64,000 nt of DNA from the IMG/VR virus record IMGVR_UViG_3300011116_001048, positions 54,565-118,564 of that record; one strand, given 5' to 3'. Shown here piece by piece: positions 10,238 through 20,110 of the stretch (positions within the stretch are counted from its first letter, which is position 1; every line of letters begins with the position of its first letter). The notes beneath the pieces are model-generated. The model saw only the letters and a program-made list of their open reading frames with translations. It was not told the origin of the DNA and did no database searches. The position numbers and the translations under genes were made by a program. Source of the stretch: a virus.

Positions 10238-11010
10238 AAATAGAAATAATAACATTACCGAGTGCAAAAAATAGACAAGAAAGAATGCAAAAATTATTTG
10301 GTGAATTTAATTTACTATTTACATTCAAAAATGGTATATCTCAAGATGAATGTTCTTTTGAAAATATTCATGGGCTGTGGTATGTTAATTGTAAAGGTAA
10401 AAAATTTTTAATAAATGAACCAAAAATATTAAAATATACAAATCGAGCTTGGATGCGTTTTGGAGAAATTGCGGCATATCTTGCCCATTATTTTTTATGG
10501 AAAGAGTTTTTAAACACGGAAGACGAATATTTGGTTATCTGTGAAGATGATGCAAAACCACAATCAAATTTATCTAAATTAAAACAATTATTTTTATCAA
10601 ATAATGATGTTTGTTTTTTAAATCTACAAGCAGTAACAGCACACAATCAATCAAAAACCCCCGGTTACAATTTTCCTCATGTTAACGTACTATCTCCAGA
10701 TCTGGTAGAATACATTAATACCCCAGCACTTCCATTATTATGTGAAGGATTGGCCGCATACGCCATAAACAAAAATGGAGCTAAAATTTTAACCGATTAC
10801 GTAGAAAATAATGGTTATGTTGGTCCTAATGATTGTATGTTAGCTCAAGTAGTCAAAGAAAATATTTTAAAAATACATTCTCCAAAAGATATAGACCAGT
10901 ATTTTTTATTAGATGAGCAGACATATGAACATTCATATACCCATAGCGGAAAATTTGAATTATTACATAATTTTAATACAACTTATATTAATAAAGTTAC
11001 ACAATTTTGA
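10234..11010 (+). CDS. GT25-like (LgtB/Lex2B-type) glycosyltransferase
   Basis: IITLPSAKNRQERM, GEIAAYLAHYFLW, LVICEDDA, AAYAINKNGAKIL. Confidence 0.8.
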   Translation: MKIEIITLPSAKNRQERMQKLFGEFNLLFTFKNGISQDECSFENIHGLWYVNCKGKKFLINEPKILKYTNRAWMRFGEIAAYLAHYFLWKEFLNTEDEYLVICEDDAKPQSNLSKLKQLFLSNNDVCFLNLQAVTAHNQSKTPGYNFPHVNVLSPDLVEYINTPALPLLCEGLAAYAINKNGAKILTDYVENNGYVGPNDCMLAQVVKENILKIHSPKDIDQYFLLDEQTYEHSYTHSGKFELLHNFNTTYINKVTQF

Positions 11011-11046
11011 TATAAGATATACTGATAGACCTTTAAGGAAATAATA

Positions 11047-11898
11047 ATGAACATATCATTTATTGATTTTTGGGATGGATTCGTATATGAAAATAATTTT
11101 TTTATTGATTTATTAAAATCAATGAATAGAAATTACAATTTAGTTCCATTTTCAGACAAAACTGATGTTTTAATTTATTCTTGTTTTGGTGAAAGGCACA
11201 AAGCAGCAAACAGAAATAAAGTTAAAAAAATATTTTATACCGGAGAAAATGTAAGACCAAATTATAATGATTGTGATTATAGTTTAACATTTGATTTTGA
11301 TACGTATTCTCATAAAAATATACGATTACCTTTATGGTTATTACAATTAGATTGGTTTAATAAAAAAAACTATGGCAATCCACAATTTGTCATTCCATTA
11401 CAAGAAATAGCTTATAATAAATGGATACAAAAAGAAAAAACTCAATTTTGTTCTATTGTTTTTAATAATCCCTCACCATATAGAATAGAAATGATACAAA
11501 AGTTGTCAAAATATAAACCAGTTCATTGTTATGGAAGAGTAACTAATAACTCTATTCCTTATGGAGAAGATACTAAATGTGAATTAATATCTAATTATAA
11601 ATTTAATATATGTTTTGAAAATTCAATACATCCAGGCTATTATACAGAAAAATTAATACACGCAAAAATATCAGGATGTCTTCCTTTGTATTGGGCAGAC
11701 AATAATTGTGAAAAAGATTTCAATCCAAATTCATTTTTAAATCTTTACAATTTTAATAGTATAAATGAATTTGTAGATAGAGTTATATGGTTAGATAACA
11801 ATCAAGAAGAATATAATAAAATTTGCGACGAATATCTTTTTAAGGATAAGGTTTTATCACTAGATAATATAAAACAACAGCTTACTAATATTTTATAA
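11047..11898 (+). CDS. GT10-like alpha-1,3-fucosyltransferase-family protein
   Basis: DFWDGF, KIFYTGENVRP, YKFNICFENSIHPGYYTEKLIHAKISGCLPLYW. Confidence 0.82.
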   Translation: MNISFIDFWDGFVYENNFFIDLLKSMNRNYNLVPFSDKTDVLIYSCFGERHKAANRNKVKKIFYTGENVRPNYNDCDYSLTFDFDTYSHKNIRLPLWLLQLDWFNKKNYGNPQFVIPLQEIAYNKWIQKEKTQFCSIVFNNPSPYRIEMIQKLSKYKPVHCYGRVTNNSIPYGEDTKCELISNYKFNICFENSIHPGYYTEKLIHAKISGCLPLYWADNNCEKDFNPNSFLNLYNFNSINEFVDRVIWLDNNQEEYNKICDEYLFKDKVLSLDNIKQQLTNIL

Positions 11899-11915
11899 AT
11901 GAAAGAAACATTTTT

Positions 11916-12554
11916 ATGATATATCAAAGAGAAAGTACTTTACCATACCCCCAACCATGGGAATATGTTATGCATAACATATTTAATAATGCAAAAAATT
12001 TATTTTTTGTTGATGTTGGAGCTCATGATGGATTATGTTCATCTAATACAGCATATGCCGAAATGGATTTAGAATGGAATGGTATTTGTGTAGAACCACA
12101 CCCAGATGTATACCCCAAGCTAATAAAAAATAGAAAATGCAAAACCTACAATTGTTGTATAAGTCAAAATACTGAAGAAGTAGAATTTTGTAGTATACGA
12201 GGATATTCTGAGATGTTAAGTGGGATAAAATCAGCATATGACGAAAAACATATGGATAGAATCAAAAATGAAATTACAAATCATGGCGGTGAATTAAATA
12301 TAATAAAAATTCAATCCAAAACATTAAATGATTTATTTCAAGAAAATAATATAAATCATATTAATTATCTTTCTATTGATACCGAAGGATCCGAATTAAA
12401 CGTTTTAAAAAGTGTAGATTTGAACAAATACAAAATAGATGTAATAAGTGCAGAAAATAATGGTTACAATTCAGATGTTAAAGATTATTTAAATGATTTA
12501 TATCTTTTTGTTGGTAAAGTTTGCCACGATGAAATTTATGTGAGAAAACCATAA
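11916..12554 (+). CDS. FkbM-family methyltransferase
   Basis: FFVDVGAHDG..SNT, WNGICVEP, YLSIDTEGSELNVL, ISAENN. Confidence 0.88.
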   Translation: MIYQRESTLPYPQPWEYVMHNIFNNAKNLFFVDVGAHDGLCSSNTAYAEMDLEWNGICVEPHPDVYPKLIKNRKCKTYNCCISQNTEEVEFCSIRGYSEMLSGIKSAYDEKHMDRIKNEITNHGGELNIIKIQSKTLNDLFQENNINHINYLSIDTEGSELNVLKSVDLNKYKIDVISAENNGYNSDVKDYLNDLYLFVGKVCHDEIYVRKP

Positions 12555-13555
12555 TGAAAACTATTTGCTTTTATACACCACATTTCACTGTAAGAGGAAC
12601 AGAAGTAGCCGTTTACGACTATGCTCATTATAATGAAAAAATATTAGGAAATAAATCTATAATTGTTCATCATAAAAATGATTCCAGAAATGAGGCAGAA
12701 TCTGTTACTAAGTTTAAAAATAGATTTGATGTTGTTTCTATGGAAGGATTCAATTATATTGAAAATAATCCAAGAGCTCATGCCGCAGAAGTTGTAACTC
12801 AATTAAATAAAGTTATCGAAACTAATAAAGCAGATGCCATGTATTTAATAAAAGGTGGTTGGAATGATGGTATAGTTCCAACAGCATGCAAAAGCCTCAT
12901 ACACTGCTGTGGGCTTCCTCCAGTAACAGAGAAGCACGGTGATCGTTATGCGTACGTTTCTTATTGGTGCAGTCAACATTGCTCTAATGGAACCATACCA
13001 GCAGTTCCGCATATGGTAGATTTACCAGATATAAATGAAGATTTTAGATTAGAATTAAATATTCCACAAAATGCAACAGTATTTGGTAGGTCTGGAGGAT
13101 ATGATACTTTTGATCTTCCATGGGTAAAACAAATTATACAAGAAGTATTAAAACGACGATCTGATATTTTCTTTATATTTTTAAATACTGAAAAGTTTAT
13201 AGATCATCCAAATGTAATTCATCTGGGTAAAAACACAGATTTAATTTATAAAACAAAATTTATTAATACTTGTGATGCAATGCTTCATGGTAGATTTATT
13301 GGTGAATCTTTTGGTTTGAGCTGTGGAGAATTTTCTATAAGAAATAAACCAGTAATAACTTGGTTTGGTTCTAAAGAAAGAAATCACATCTATATTTTAG
13401 GCGACAGAGGAATTTATTATAATAACCCTACAGATTTATTTAAAATATTAATGAATTATGATCGAGAATATTACCTAAATAAAGACAACAATTGCTATAG
13501 AGATTATAGCCCAGAAAAAATAATTAAGGTATTTGATGAGGTTTATTTAAAATGA
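12554..13555 (+). CDS. GT-B fold (GT4-like) glycosyltransferase
   Basis: RGTEVAVYDYAHYNE, FGRSGG, DAMLHGRFIGESFGLSCGEF (E-x7-E-like). Confidence 0.78.
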   Translation: MKTICFYTPHFTVRGTEVAVYDYAHYNEKILGNKSIIVHHKNDSRNEAESVTKFKNRFDVVSMEGFNYIENNPRAHAAEVVTQLNKVIETNKADAMYLIKGGWNDGIVPTACKSLIHCCGLPPVTEKHGDRYAYVSYWCSQHCSNGTIPAVPHMVDLPDINEDFRLELNIPQNATVFGRSGGYDTFDLPWVKQIIQEVLKRRSDIFFIFLNTEKFIDHPNVIHLGKNTDLIYKTKFINTCDAMLHGRFIGESFGLSCGEFSIRNKPVITWFGSKERNHIYILGDRGIYYNNPTDLFKILMNYDREYYLNKDNNCYRDYSPEKIIKVFDEVYLK

Positions 13556-14370
13556 AAAACAATCTAGTAATTACAACTTCTTTATTTGATCTAAATAGAC
13601 AAAATTGGAAAAATTATAATAGATCTATAGATCAATATAAAGCTTATTCTAAAGGAATGTTGTCGCTTGATTGCGACATGGTAATTTATACACAGCCGCA
13701 ATTTAAAACTTATTTTGAAGAAGCAAGATCAGGTAAAGAAAATAAAACAAAAATAATAACAATGAGTTTGGAAGAAATTCCATATTATGAATATATGGAA
13801 GAAATAACAAACTTAATGAATAGTGATTTTTTTATTAAAAATGTAAGAAATGTACCTGGAATTGATATATACAGACCAGAAGCAAATTATCCAATTTATA
13901 ATATTATACAATTTGCAAAATCAAAATTTGTTAAAAATACAATAAAAAATAATTATTTTAATTCCAAATACCATTGTTGGATGGATGTTGGCATTTATCA
14001 TGACAAATACCCCGAAAGATTTAAAAATAAAAAATATCCTAGTAGGAATTTAGAACAATTAGATGATGAAAAGATTCACCATTTTTATGTCGATTTTCCA
14101 AGAGAAACTGATTTGAATAAGTTAGAATATTATTCAATGATTGGTGATGTTAGAATGGCCGGTGGTTGGTTTGGTGGAGTTAAAAATTCTATGATATTGT
14201 ATTCAGAATTAATAGAAGATGTTGTAAAACAGTCTATAAAAGAAAATGTTATTTCCGATGATCAAAACATGTATACAATAGCGTATTTACAAAATAAAGA
14301 TAAATTTACACTACATGATGGAAGGTTTGCAGTAAATCCCATGTTTGCTGGTCTGGATTATTTTCTATGA
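13552..14370 (+). CDS. HtrL/YibB (WlaTC)-like protein
   Basis: TTSLFDL, YNIIQFAKSKFV, YHCWMDVG, MAGGWFGG, ISDDQNMY. Confidence 0.72.
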   Translation: MKNNLVITTSLFDLNRQNWKNYNRSIDQYKAYSKGMLSLDCDMVIYTQPQFKTYFEEARSGKENKTKIITMSLEEIPYYEYMEEITNLMNSDFFIKNVRNVPGIDIYRPEANYPIYNIIQFAKSKFVKNTIKNNYFNSKYHCWMDVGIYHDKYPERFKNKKYPSRNLEQLDDEKIHHFYVDFPRETDLNKLEYYSMIGDVRMAGGWFGGVKNSMILYSELIEDVVKQSIKENVISDDQNMYTIAYLQNKDKFTLHDGRFAVNPMFAGLDYFL

Positions 14371-15191
14371 TTAGTGTTACACTGTATGGTCGTTTAGGTA
14401 ATCATTTATGGCAATATGCTGTTTGTAGAACTGTTGCTGAACAAAAAAACTACGAATATCATATTCCTAAAAATTTTTTAGGAATTCATCTGTTTGATTG
14501 TTCTTTGGGTACAGAACAAGATCTAACAAATAAATGTTTTCCAACATGTAATAACCACGATCAGATGCAAAAATACGATCCAGAAATATTTAATATTGAA
14601 GATTTTACAAAAATAGATGGTTATGTTCAAACAGAAAAATACATTAAACATAATAAAAAAAATATAATAGAATGGTTTAAACCAAAACATGATGTCACTC
14701 CAATAATAAAAGAACTAAAATTAGATGAGGATGTTTGTGTTATTGGATTTAGAGGAGGGGATTATAAAGATAAACCTCACGTATATCTTAATATAAAGTT
14801 TTATTACGATTCTATGGATTATATGCGAAGTATAAATCCTAATATTAAATTTATTATTATTACAGATGATCCAGAAGAAGCAAAGAAGCATTTTTCTGAA
14901 TATCCAATTTATAATTATGGAATGGTTGGAGATTTTTATGCGATACAATTTGCAAAATATTTAATAATAGCAAATTCCACATTTTATTGGTGGGCAGCTT
15001 GGTTGAATACCAGATCAAAAGTAACCGTTCTTCCAAAGTATTGGTTACGACATAATATAAGTGAAGGGTGGTGGATGCCTTCTGATTCTCTAACAGAAGA
15101 TTTTATTTATATTGATAGAGATGGAAAAGTCCAAACTTATGAGCATTGTTTGGCCGAAATAACAGATATAAATTATCAACCGCAATACTAA
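14367..15191 (+). CDS. GT11 alpha-1,2-fucosyltransferase-family protein
   Basis: GRLGNHLWQYA, GYVQTEKY, GFRGGDY, IITDDPE, IIANSTFYWWAAWL. Confidence 0.88.
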   Translation: MISVTLYGRLGNHLWQYAVCRTVAEQKNYEYHIPKNFLGIHLFDCSLGTEQDLTNKCFPTCNNHDQMQKYDPEIFNIEDFTKIDGYVQTEKYIKHNKKNIIEWFKPKHDVTPIIKELKLDEDVCVIGFRGGDYKDKPHVYLNIKFYYDSMDYMRSINPNIKFIIITDDPEEAKKHFSEYPIYNYGMVGDFYAIQFAKYLIIANSTFYWWAAWLNTRSKVTVLPKYWLRHNISEGWWMPSDSLTEDFIYIDRDGKVQTYEHCLAEITDINYQPQY

Positions 15192-15197
15192 TTTATC

Positions 15198-15824
15198 ATG
15201 CTAAATTTAGTAATAATAACTTCTGTAATTAATGCGTTTGTTCCATCTATATATTCTTCAACAGAAAGATTAGAACAAACTTTAAGATCTATACAAACAG
15301 TCAAAGACAAAATACCAAATTCTTATATAGTATTGCTAGAAGGAAGTCAATTAAATGAAGATCACTCCATTATCTTACGAAGCAAAACAGATGAATTATT
15401 TTATATAGATGTTTCTGGATTACCAAAAAGTGTTGGAGAATTAACTTTATTGGATTCGTATTTAAATTGTGAAAATTTTAATATTATTAAAGATAAAATT
15501 AATAGTTTAAGTAAATTATCTGGCAGATATTATCTAAATGATAATTTTAAATTTGTTGATAATAATTTATGTATGGTAAAAAAAACAGATAAATCATGGA
15601 GCGGAAAAGGAACGTACGATACCAGATTTTATAAAATACCAAAAATTTTATTAAATAATTATATTACGAATTTAAAACAAGTTTATTTGAATAGGTATAA
15701 TATACACGATATTGAACATGGGTTTTACGAATATCAAGTTATATCAAAAGACAATATAATGCTCTTAGATAAACTAGGAGTGTCCGGTAATTATGCCCCA
15801 AATGGGGGATATGTAGAGGATTAA
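15198..15824 (+). CDS. Hypothetical, probable GT-A-like glycan synthesis protein
   Basis: VIITSVIN...ERLEQTLRSIQTV...IVLLEGS, KLSGRYYL, DIEH; embedded in the GT operon. Confidence 0.6.
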   Translation: MLNLVIITSVINAFVPSIYSSTERLEQTLRSIQTVKDKIPNSYIVLLEGSQLNEDHSIILRSKTDELFYIDVSGLPKSVGELTLLDSYLNCENFNIIKDKINSLSKLSGRYYLNDNFKFVDNNLCMVKKTDKSWSGKGTYDTRFYKIPKILLNNYITNLKQVYLNRYNIHDIEHGFYEYQVISKDNIMLLDKLGVSGNYAPNGGYVED

Positions 15825-15826
15825 AT

Positions 15827-16429
15827 ATGCTAAGAACAGAAATTATTAATTTATTAATAAACAAGAATAACTACGAATCATATTTAGAAATTGGAATAGG
15901 CGATGGTGGTAATTTTACACAAATAAATTGCAAAACAAAAATCAGTGTAGATCCGCATCCAGAATGTTACAAATTAAATCCAACATTTAAAATGACTTCT
16001 GATGAGTTTTTTAAAATTAATAAACAAAAATTTGATATCATTTTTGTAGATGGCCTTCATACATTCGAGCAAACATACATCGATATCAAAAATGCGTTAT
16101 CGTGTTTAAATGAAAATGGAATAGTATTAGCTCATGATACTTTACCACCATCCGAATACCACCAACGAGAACCAGACCAATATAAGATTGGGGAGGCATG
16201 GAATGGTACTTGCTGGAAAGCAATTGCCAAACTTAGAATAGAAGAAGAAAATCTGACAATTAATACGGTCGATACTGATTGGGGGGTTTCTTTAATTAAA
16301 TTTGGTAAAAATAATAAATTTAATACAGAAAAAAATTCAACATTAGATTACTTATTTTTTTCTAAAAATAAATTAAATTTAATGAACATAATTACAATTG
16401 AACAATTTAAAAATTTATATTTATCATGA
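15827..16429 (+). CDS. Class I SAM-dependent methyltransferase (Methyltransf_24-like)
   Basis: SYLEIG, VDP, FDIIFVDGLHTFEQ, VLAHDTLP, WNGTCWKA. Confidence 0.85.
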   Translation: MLRTEIINLLINKNNYESYLEIGIGDGGNFTQINCKTKISVDPHPECYKLNPTFKMTSDEFFKINKQKFDIIFVDGLHTFEQTYIDIKNALSCLNENGIVLAHDTLPPSEYHQREPDQYKIGEAWNGTCWKAIAKLRIEEENLTINTVDTDWGVSLIKFGKNNKFNTEKNSTLDYLFFSKNKLNLMNIITIEQFKNLYLS

Positions 16430-16944
16430 TAATAGGAGAATATACATACGGTCACGAGACCATTAATTTAATAAAACCAAAAGAAAATCCTTATAATTTA
16501 ATTATAAAAAAATTTTGTTCTATTGGGGAAAATTTAACAGTTTATATGGGAGGTCACCATAGAAAAGAATGGATTACTACGTATCCTTTTGGTCATAGAT
16601 ACAAACAAACATTTAATCAATTTGATGGAAAAGAATACTGCGTATTTAAAGGTGATGTGATTATAGGAAATGACGTATGGATTGGAATGAATGTGTTTAT
16701 TATGGATGGAGTCTCCATAGGAGATGGTGCAATAATTGCTGCTAATTCTCATGTTATAAAAAACGTAGAACCATATTCAATATACGGTGGAAATCCAGCA
16801 AAATTAATAAAATATAGATTTTCAAAAGAATTAATAAATCATTTATTAAAATTACAATGGTGGGACAAATCAATTGAAGAAATTAATAGCATATTGACAA
16901 TATTGTGTTCAAATAATTACGAGGATATAAAAAAAATAAAATGA
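16426..16944 (+). CDS. Hexapeptide-repeat O-acetyltransferase (CatB/Vat-like fold)
   Basis: IGEYTYG, KFCSIG, ITTYPF, IGNDVWIG, IGDGAIIAA, YGGNPAKLIKYRF. Confidence 0.88.
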   Translation: MIIGEYTYGHETINLIKPKENPYNLIIKKFCSIGENLTVYMGGHHRKEWITTYPFGHRYKQTFNQFDGKEYCVFKGDVIIGNDVWIGMNVFIMDGVSIGDGAIIAANSHVIKNVEPYSIYGGNPAKLIKYRFSKELINHLLKLQWWDKSIEEINSILTILCSNNYEDIKKIK

Positions 16945-17825
16945 AAATACTTTACATATCATTAGGACAACCTGATTATCAGTGTGATTGTGTCATGCAC
17001 GGATTATATAATTTATTGGGGGCAGATTTAACACATACAGATAATTATCATTTAATGTATAAACAGCACACTAGTCCAGAATTACTAAAAACTATTTCCG
17101 GGAGAGGTTTTACTATATGGGGCAATCTTCCATTATACCTCAATGATAATTCTGATATTGAAAATAAAATAAAATCCAAATATTTTGATTATGTAATATA
17201 TGGCAGCTATAGAAGGTGTTTAGATTATTTGGATACAGTAAAGCAAAATTATCCAGCAAATAAAATAGCGTTTATAGACGGAGAAGATGATACTAATTTA
17301 ATTAAACCAGCTGATGGAGTTATATTTAAAAGAGAATTGGTTTATGATATTAATGGAGTACATCCGATATCTTTTGCAATACCCAAAGAAAAAATATGGA
17401 ACAATGCAACATTAAAAGAAAAATATAAAAAAATAGCAAACTATAAACCATCAAATCCTGGAACCGGATATGTGTATACAGAAGAACAAGAATACTATAA
17501 TGATTATAAAACATCCTATTTTGCTCTTACACACAAAAAGGGAGGTTGGGATTGTATGCGGCATTATGAAATTTTAGCAAATTTTTGCATACCGTATTTT
17601 CCAAATATAGAAAATTGCCCAACAAAAACCATGTACAATTTTCCTAAAGATAAAATTATTAAAGGCAATAAAATGTTTGAAGATAATTTTAATGAAGACA
17701 TCAAAACAATTAATATAGAACAATACTCTGAATTATTATACAGCATTTTTGAATATACAAAAAATAATTTAACAACAGAAAATTTAGCAAAATATATTAT
17801 ACATACTATAAAGAAGGATTCTTAA
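16941..17825 (+). CDS. Putative GT-B glycosyltransferase
   Basis: FIDGED, FKREL, HPISFAIP, KKGGWDCMRHYEILANFCIPYF. Confidence 0.62.
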   Translation: MKILYISLGQPDYQCDCVMHGLYNLLGADLTHTDNYHLMYKQHTSPELLKTISGRGFTIWGNLPLYLNDNSDIENKIKSKYFDYVIYGSYRRCLDYLDTVKQNYPANKIAFIDGEDDTNLIKPADGVIFKRELVYDINGVHPISFAIPKEKIWNNATLKEKYKKIANYKPSNPGTGYVYTEEQEYYNDYKTSYFALTHKKGGWDCMRHYEILANFCIPYFPNIENCPTKTMYNFPKDKIIKGNKMFEDNFNEDIKTINIEQYSELLYSIFEYTKNNLTTENLAKYIIHTIKKDS

Positions 17826-17827
17826 TT

Positions 17828-18823
17828 ATGAAAAATGTTTTAATTACAGGCGGCGTTGGTTTTGTTGGTCACCATATGGTGAATTATTTATTACAAAATA
17901 GTGATGCAAATATTATTGTTATGGATAGATTGGATACTTCTGGTAATCTTAATCGATTAACAGAAATGACCAGCTATCAAAAAAATAAAAATCGTGTAAA
18001 TTTTGTTTGGCATGATTTTAAATCAGAAATTATTAAAAACGAAGTACTGGGAGCCATGTTAGGTAAACCAGATACTATACTACACGTCGGCGCAGGATCG
18101 CATGTTGACAGAAGTATTGAAGATCCATTATCCTTTGTTATGGATAATGTCGTAGGTACATGTAATGTTTTAAATTATGCAAGACAATTAGATAATTTAG
18201 AAAATATAGTATATTTTTCTACAGATGAAGTATTCGGCCCTGCTGCACCTGGCATCGCACATCATGAGTGGCATCATTATAATTCCGGCAATCCGTATTC
18301 TGCATCAAAGGCAGGAGGAGAAGAACTTTGTCTAGCATTCCACAATACGTATAAATTACCAGTTATGATATCGCATTGTATGAATATTTTTGGTGAACGA
18401 CAACACCCAGAGAAATTTATACCTTCTTGTATACGAAAAATATACAAAGGCGAAAAGGTAATAATTCACAGCAATAAAGATTTAACAAAAGCAGGAAGTA
18501 GATTTTATATTCACGCAAATAATGTGTGCTCTGCTGTGAACTTTATATTAAATAAAGGAACTCATGGAGACAAGTACAATATCGTTGGAGAAAAAGAATT
18601 AGATAATTATCAAGTTGCTTCTATTATCGCGGATATTCTTGGCAAACCATTAAATTATCAATTTGTTGATTTTCATAGTAGCAGACCTGGGCACGATTTA
18701 AGATATGCTCTAGACGGTTCAAAATTGGCAAAAATGGGCTGGAATTTAGAATGCACCGTAGAAAAATCATTAGAAGCTACCGTTAAATGGTCATTAGAAA
18801 ATCCTAAATGGATTGGAATGTAA
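17828..18823 (+). CDS. rfbB: dTDP-glucose 4,6-dehydratase (RmlB/RfbB-type extended SDR)
   Basis: TGGVGFVG, SHVDRSI, STDEVFG, NPYSASKAGGE (YxxxK), NIFGERQHPEKFIP, RPGHDLRYALD. Confidence 0.88.
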   Translation: MKNVLITGGVGFVGHHMVNYLLQNSDANIIVMDRLDTSGNLNRLTEMTSYQKNKNRVNFVWHDFKSEIIKNEVLGAMLGKPDTILHVGAGSHVDRSIEDPLSFVMDNVVGTCNVLNYARQLDNLENIVYFSTDEVFGPAAPGIAHHEWHHYNSGNPYSASKAGGEELCLAFHNTYKLPVMISHCMNIFGERQHPEKFIPSCIRKIYKGEKVIIHSNKDLTKAGSRFYIHANNVCSAVNFILNKGTHGDKYNIVGEKELDNYQVASIIADILGKPLNYQFVDFHSSRPGHDLRYALDGSKLAKMGWNLECTVEKSLEATVKWSLENPKWIGM

Positions 18824-18835
18824 TTTTTATCAGTA

Positions 18836-20095
18836 ATGGAGAATAAACACGTGCCTAAATTATGCTTATCGATGATTGTTAAGAATGAAACTCACATCAT
18901 CAAAGAGTGCTTAGATACTATTTCAAAATACGTTGATTATTGGGTTATTGTAGACACCGGCTCTACAGACGGCACTCAAGACCTAATTCGTAATTATTTT
19001 GCAGAAAAAGGAATCCCCGGAGAGCTCCACGAACGTCCATGGGTAGGTTTCGGGCATAACAGATCAGAAGCTCTGGCTCTTTGTGATGGAAAGGCTGATT
19101 GGGCTTGGATGATTGATGCTGATGATTATATCGAAGGTAAATTTGAATTTCCTATAAACATTCCTCAAGAAATTGATGCGTTTGCGTTAAAATTTAAACG
19201 TCAAGAATTTGTGTGGTGGCGCACTCAAATATTTAAAACCGGATGTGGTTGGAAATACGTAGGCGTCCTTCACGAATATCCAACAATAGAAAATAAACAA
19301 CCAAACATTAGTAAAATTGATGGAAATTACGCAATCGTTGCTCGTACCATGGGGGCACGTAATCTTAATATTACGCCTATAGAAAAGTATAAAAAAGATG
19401 CAGAGCTTCTAGAAAAGGCACTTCAAGAAGAACCTAACAATATACGATACCAGTTCTATCTGGCTCAAAGCTATTTTGATTCGCAGCAATGGGAAAAAGC
19501 AGAAGAAGCGTACATAAAACGTGTACATATGGGTGGTTGGGAAGAAGAACAATTCTACGCTGCGTATCGTATAGGCATGTGCCGGGGGCTGCAAAACAAA
19601 CCGTGGATTGAAATCCAACAAGCATTCTTGGAAGCATGGGAACTACGTCCTACCCGGGCAGAACCCTTACATCAAATTGCAAGAATTTACCGTTTAATGG
19701 GGCATCCTCGTTTGGGGTTCTTGTACGCCAAAATGGCTGCAGAAATTCCTTATCCTTCAGACGATATTTTATTCGTATCAGAAGATGTTTACAAATACGG
19801 AATTTTAGATGAGCTTGGATCCACTGCATTCTATGCGGGCAAGCCCCATATGGGCTATGCTGCATGCAAGAAACTACTCACCGAAACCCGTTTACCAGAG
19901 GACCAAATTCCTCGGGTACAAAACAATCTAAACGAATATCTGAAGTTTTTTGAACAAACTAATCAGACGCATCTTATCCAACAAATAGATGAGCAGGCCA
20001 AAAAACAGAGCGAAAAAAAGGACCATAAACCCGCAATTTTCCCTGCTCATTTACCCAAAAAGAAGTTTAAGGACCGAAAAGCTGTCAGTCGATAA
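18836..20095 (+). CDS. GT2-family glycosyltransferase with C-terminal TPRs
   Basis: LSMIVKNE, VDTGSTDGT, FGHNRSEAL, MIDADD, VLHEY, then TPR helices (RYQFYLAQSY, FYAAYRIG, RAEPLHQIARIY). Confidence 0.9.
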   Translation: MENKHVPKLCLSMIVKNETHIIKECLDTISKYVDYWVIVDTGSTDGTQDLIRNYFAEKGIPGELHERPWVGFGHNRSEALALCDGKADWAWMIDADDYIEGKFEFPINIPQEIDAFALKFKRQEFVWWRTQIFKTGCGWKYVGVLHEYPTIENKQPNISKIDGNYAIVARTMGARNLNITPIEKYKKDAELLEKALQEEPNNIRYQFYLAQSYFDSQQWEKAEEAYIKRVHMGGWEEEQFYAAYRIGMCRGLQNKPWIEIQQAFLEAWELRPTRAEPLHQIARIYRLMGHPRLGFLYAKMAAEIPYPSDDILFVSEDVYKYGILDELGSTAFYAGKPHMGYAACKKLLTETRLPEDQIPRVQNNLNEYLKFFEQTNQTHLIQQIDEQAKKQSEKKDHKPAIFPAHLPKKKFKDRKAVSR

Positions 20096-20097
20096 AC

Positions 20098-20105
20098 GAT
20101 AAATA
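20098..20105 (+). promoter_or_regulatory. T4-type late promoter (GATAAATA)
   Basis: Near-consensus TATAAATA box, 5 nt before the ATG at 20111. Confidence 0.65.
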
Positions 20106-20110
20106 CTCGT

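Noticed and set aside
16426-16944. Vat/CatB antibiotic-resistance gene
   Set aside because: The hexapeptide fold is shared with sugar O-acetyltransferases and the gene is coupled within a glycan operon.
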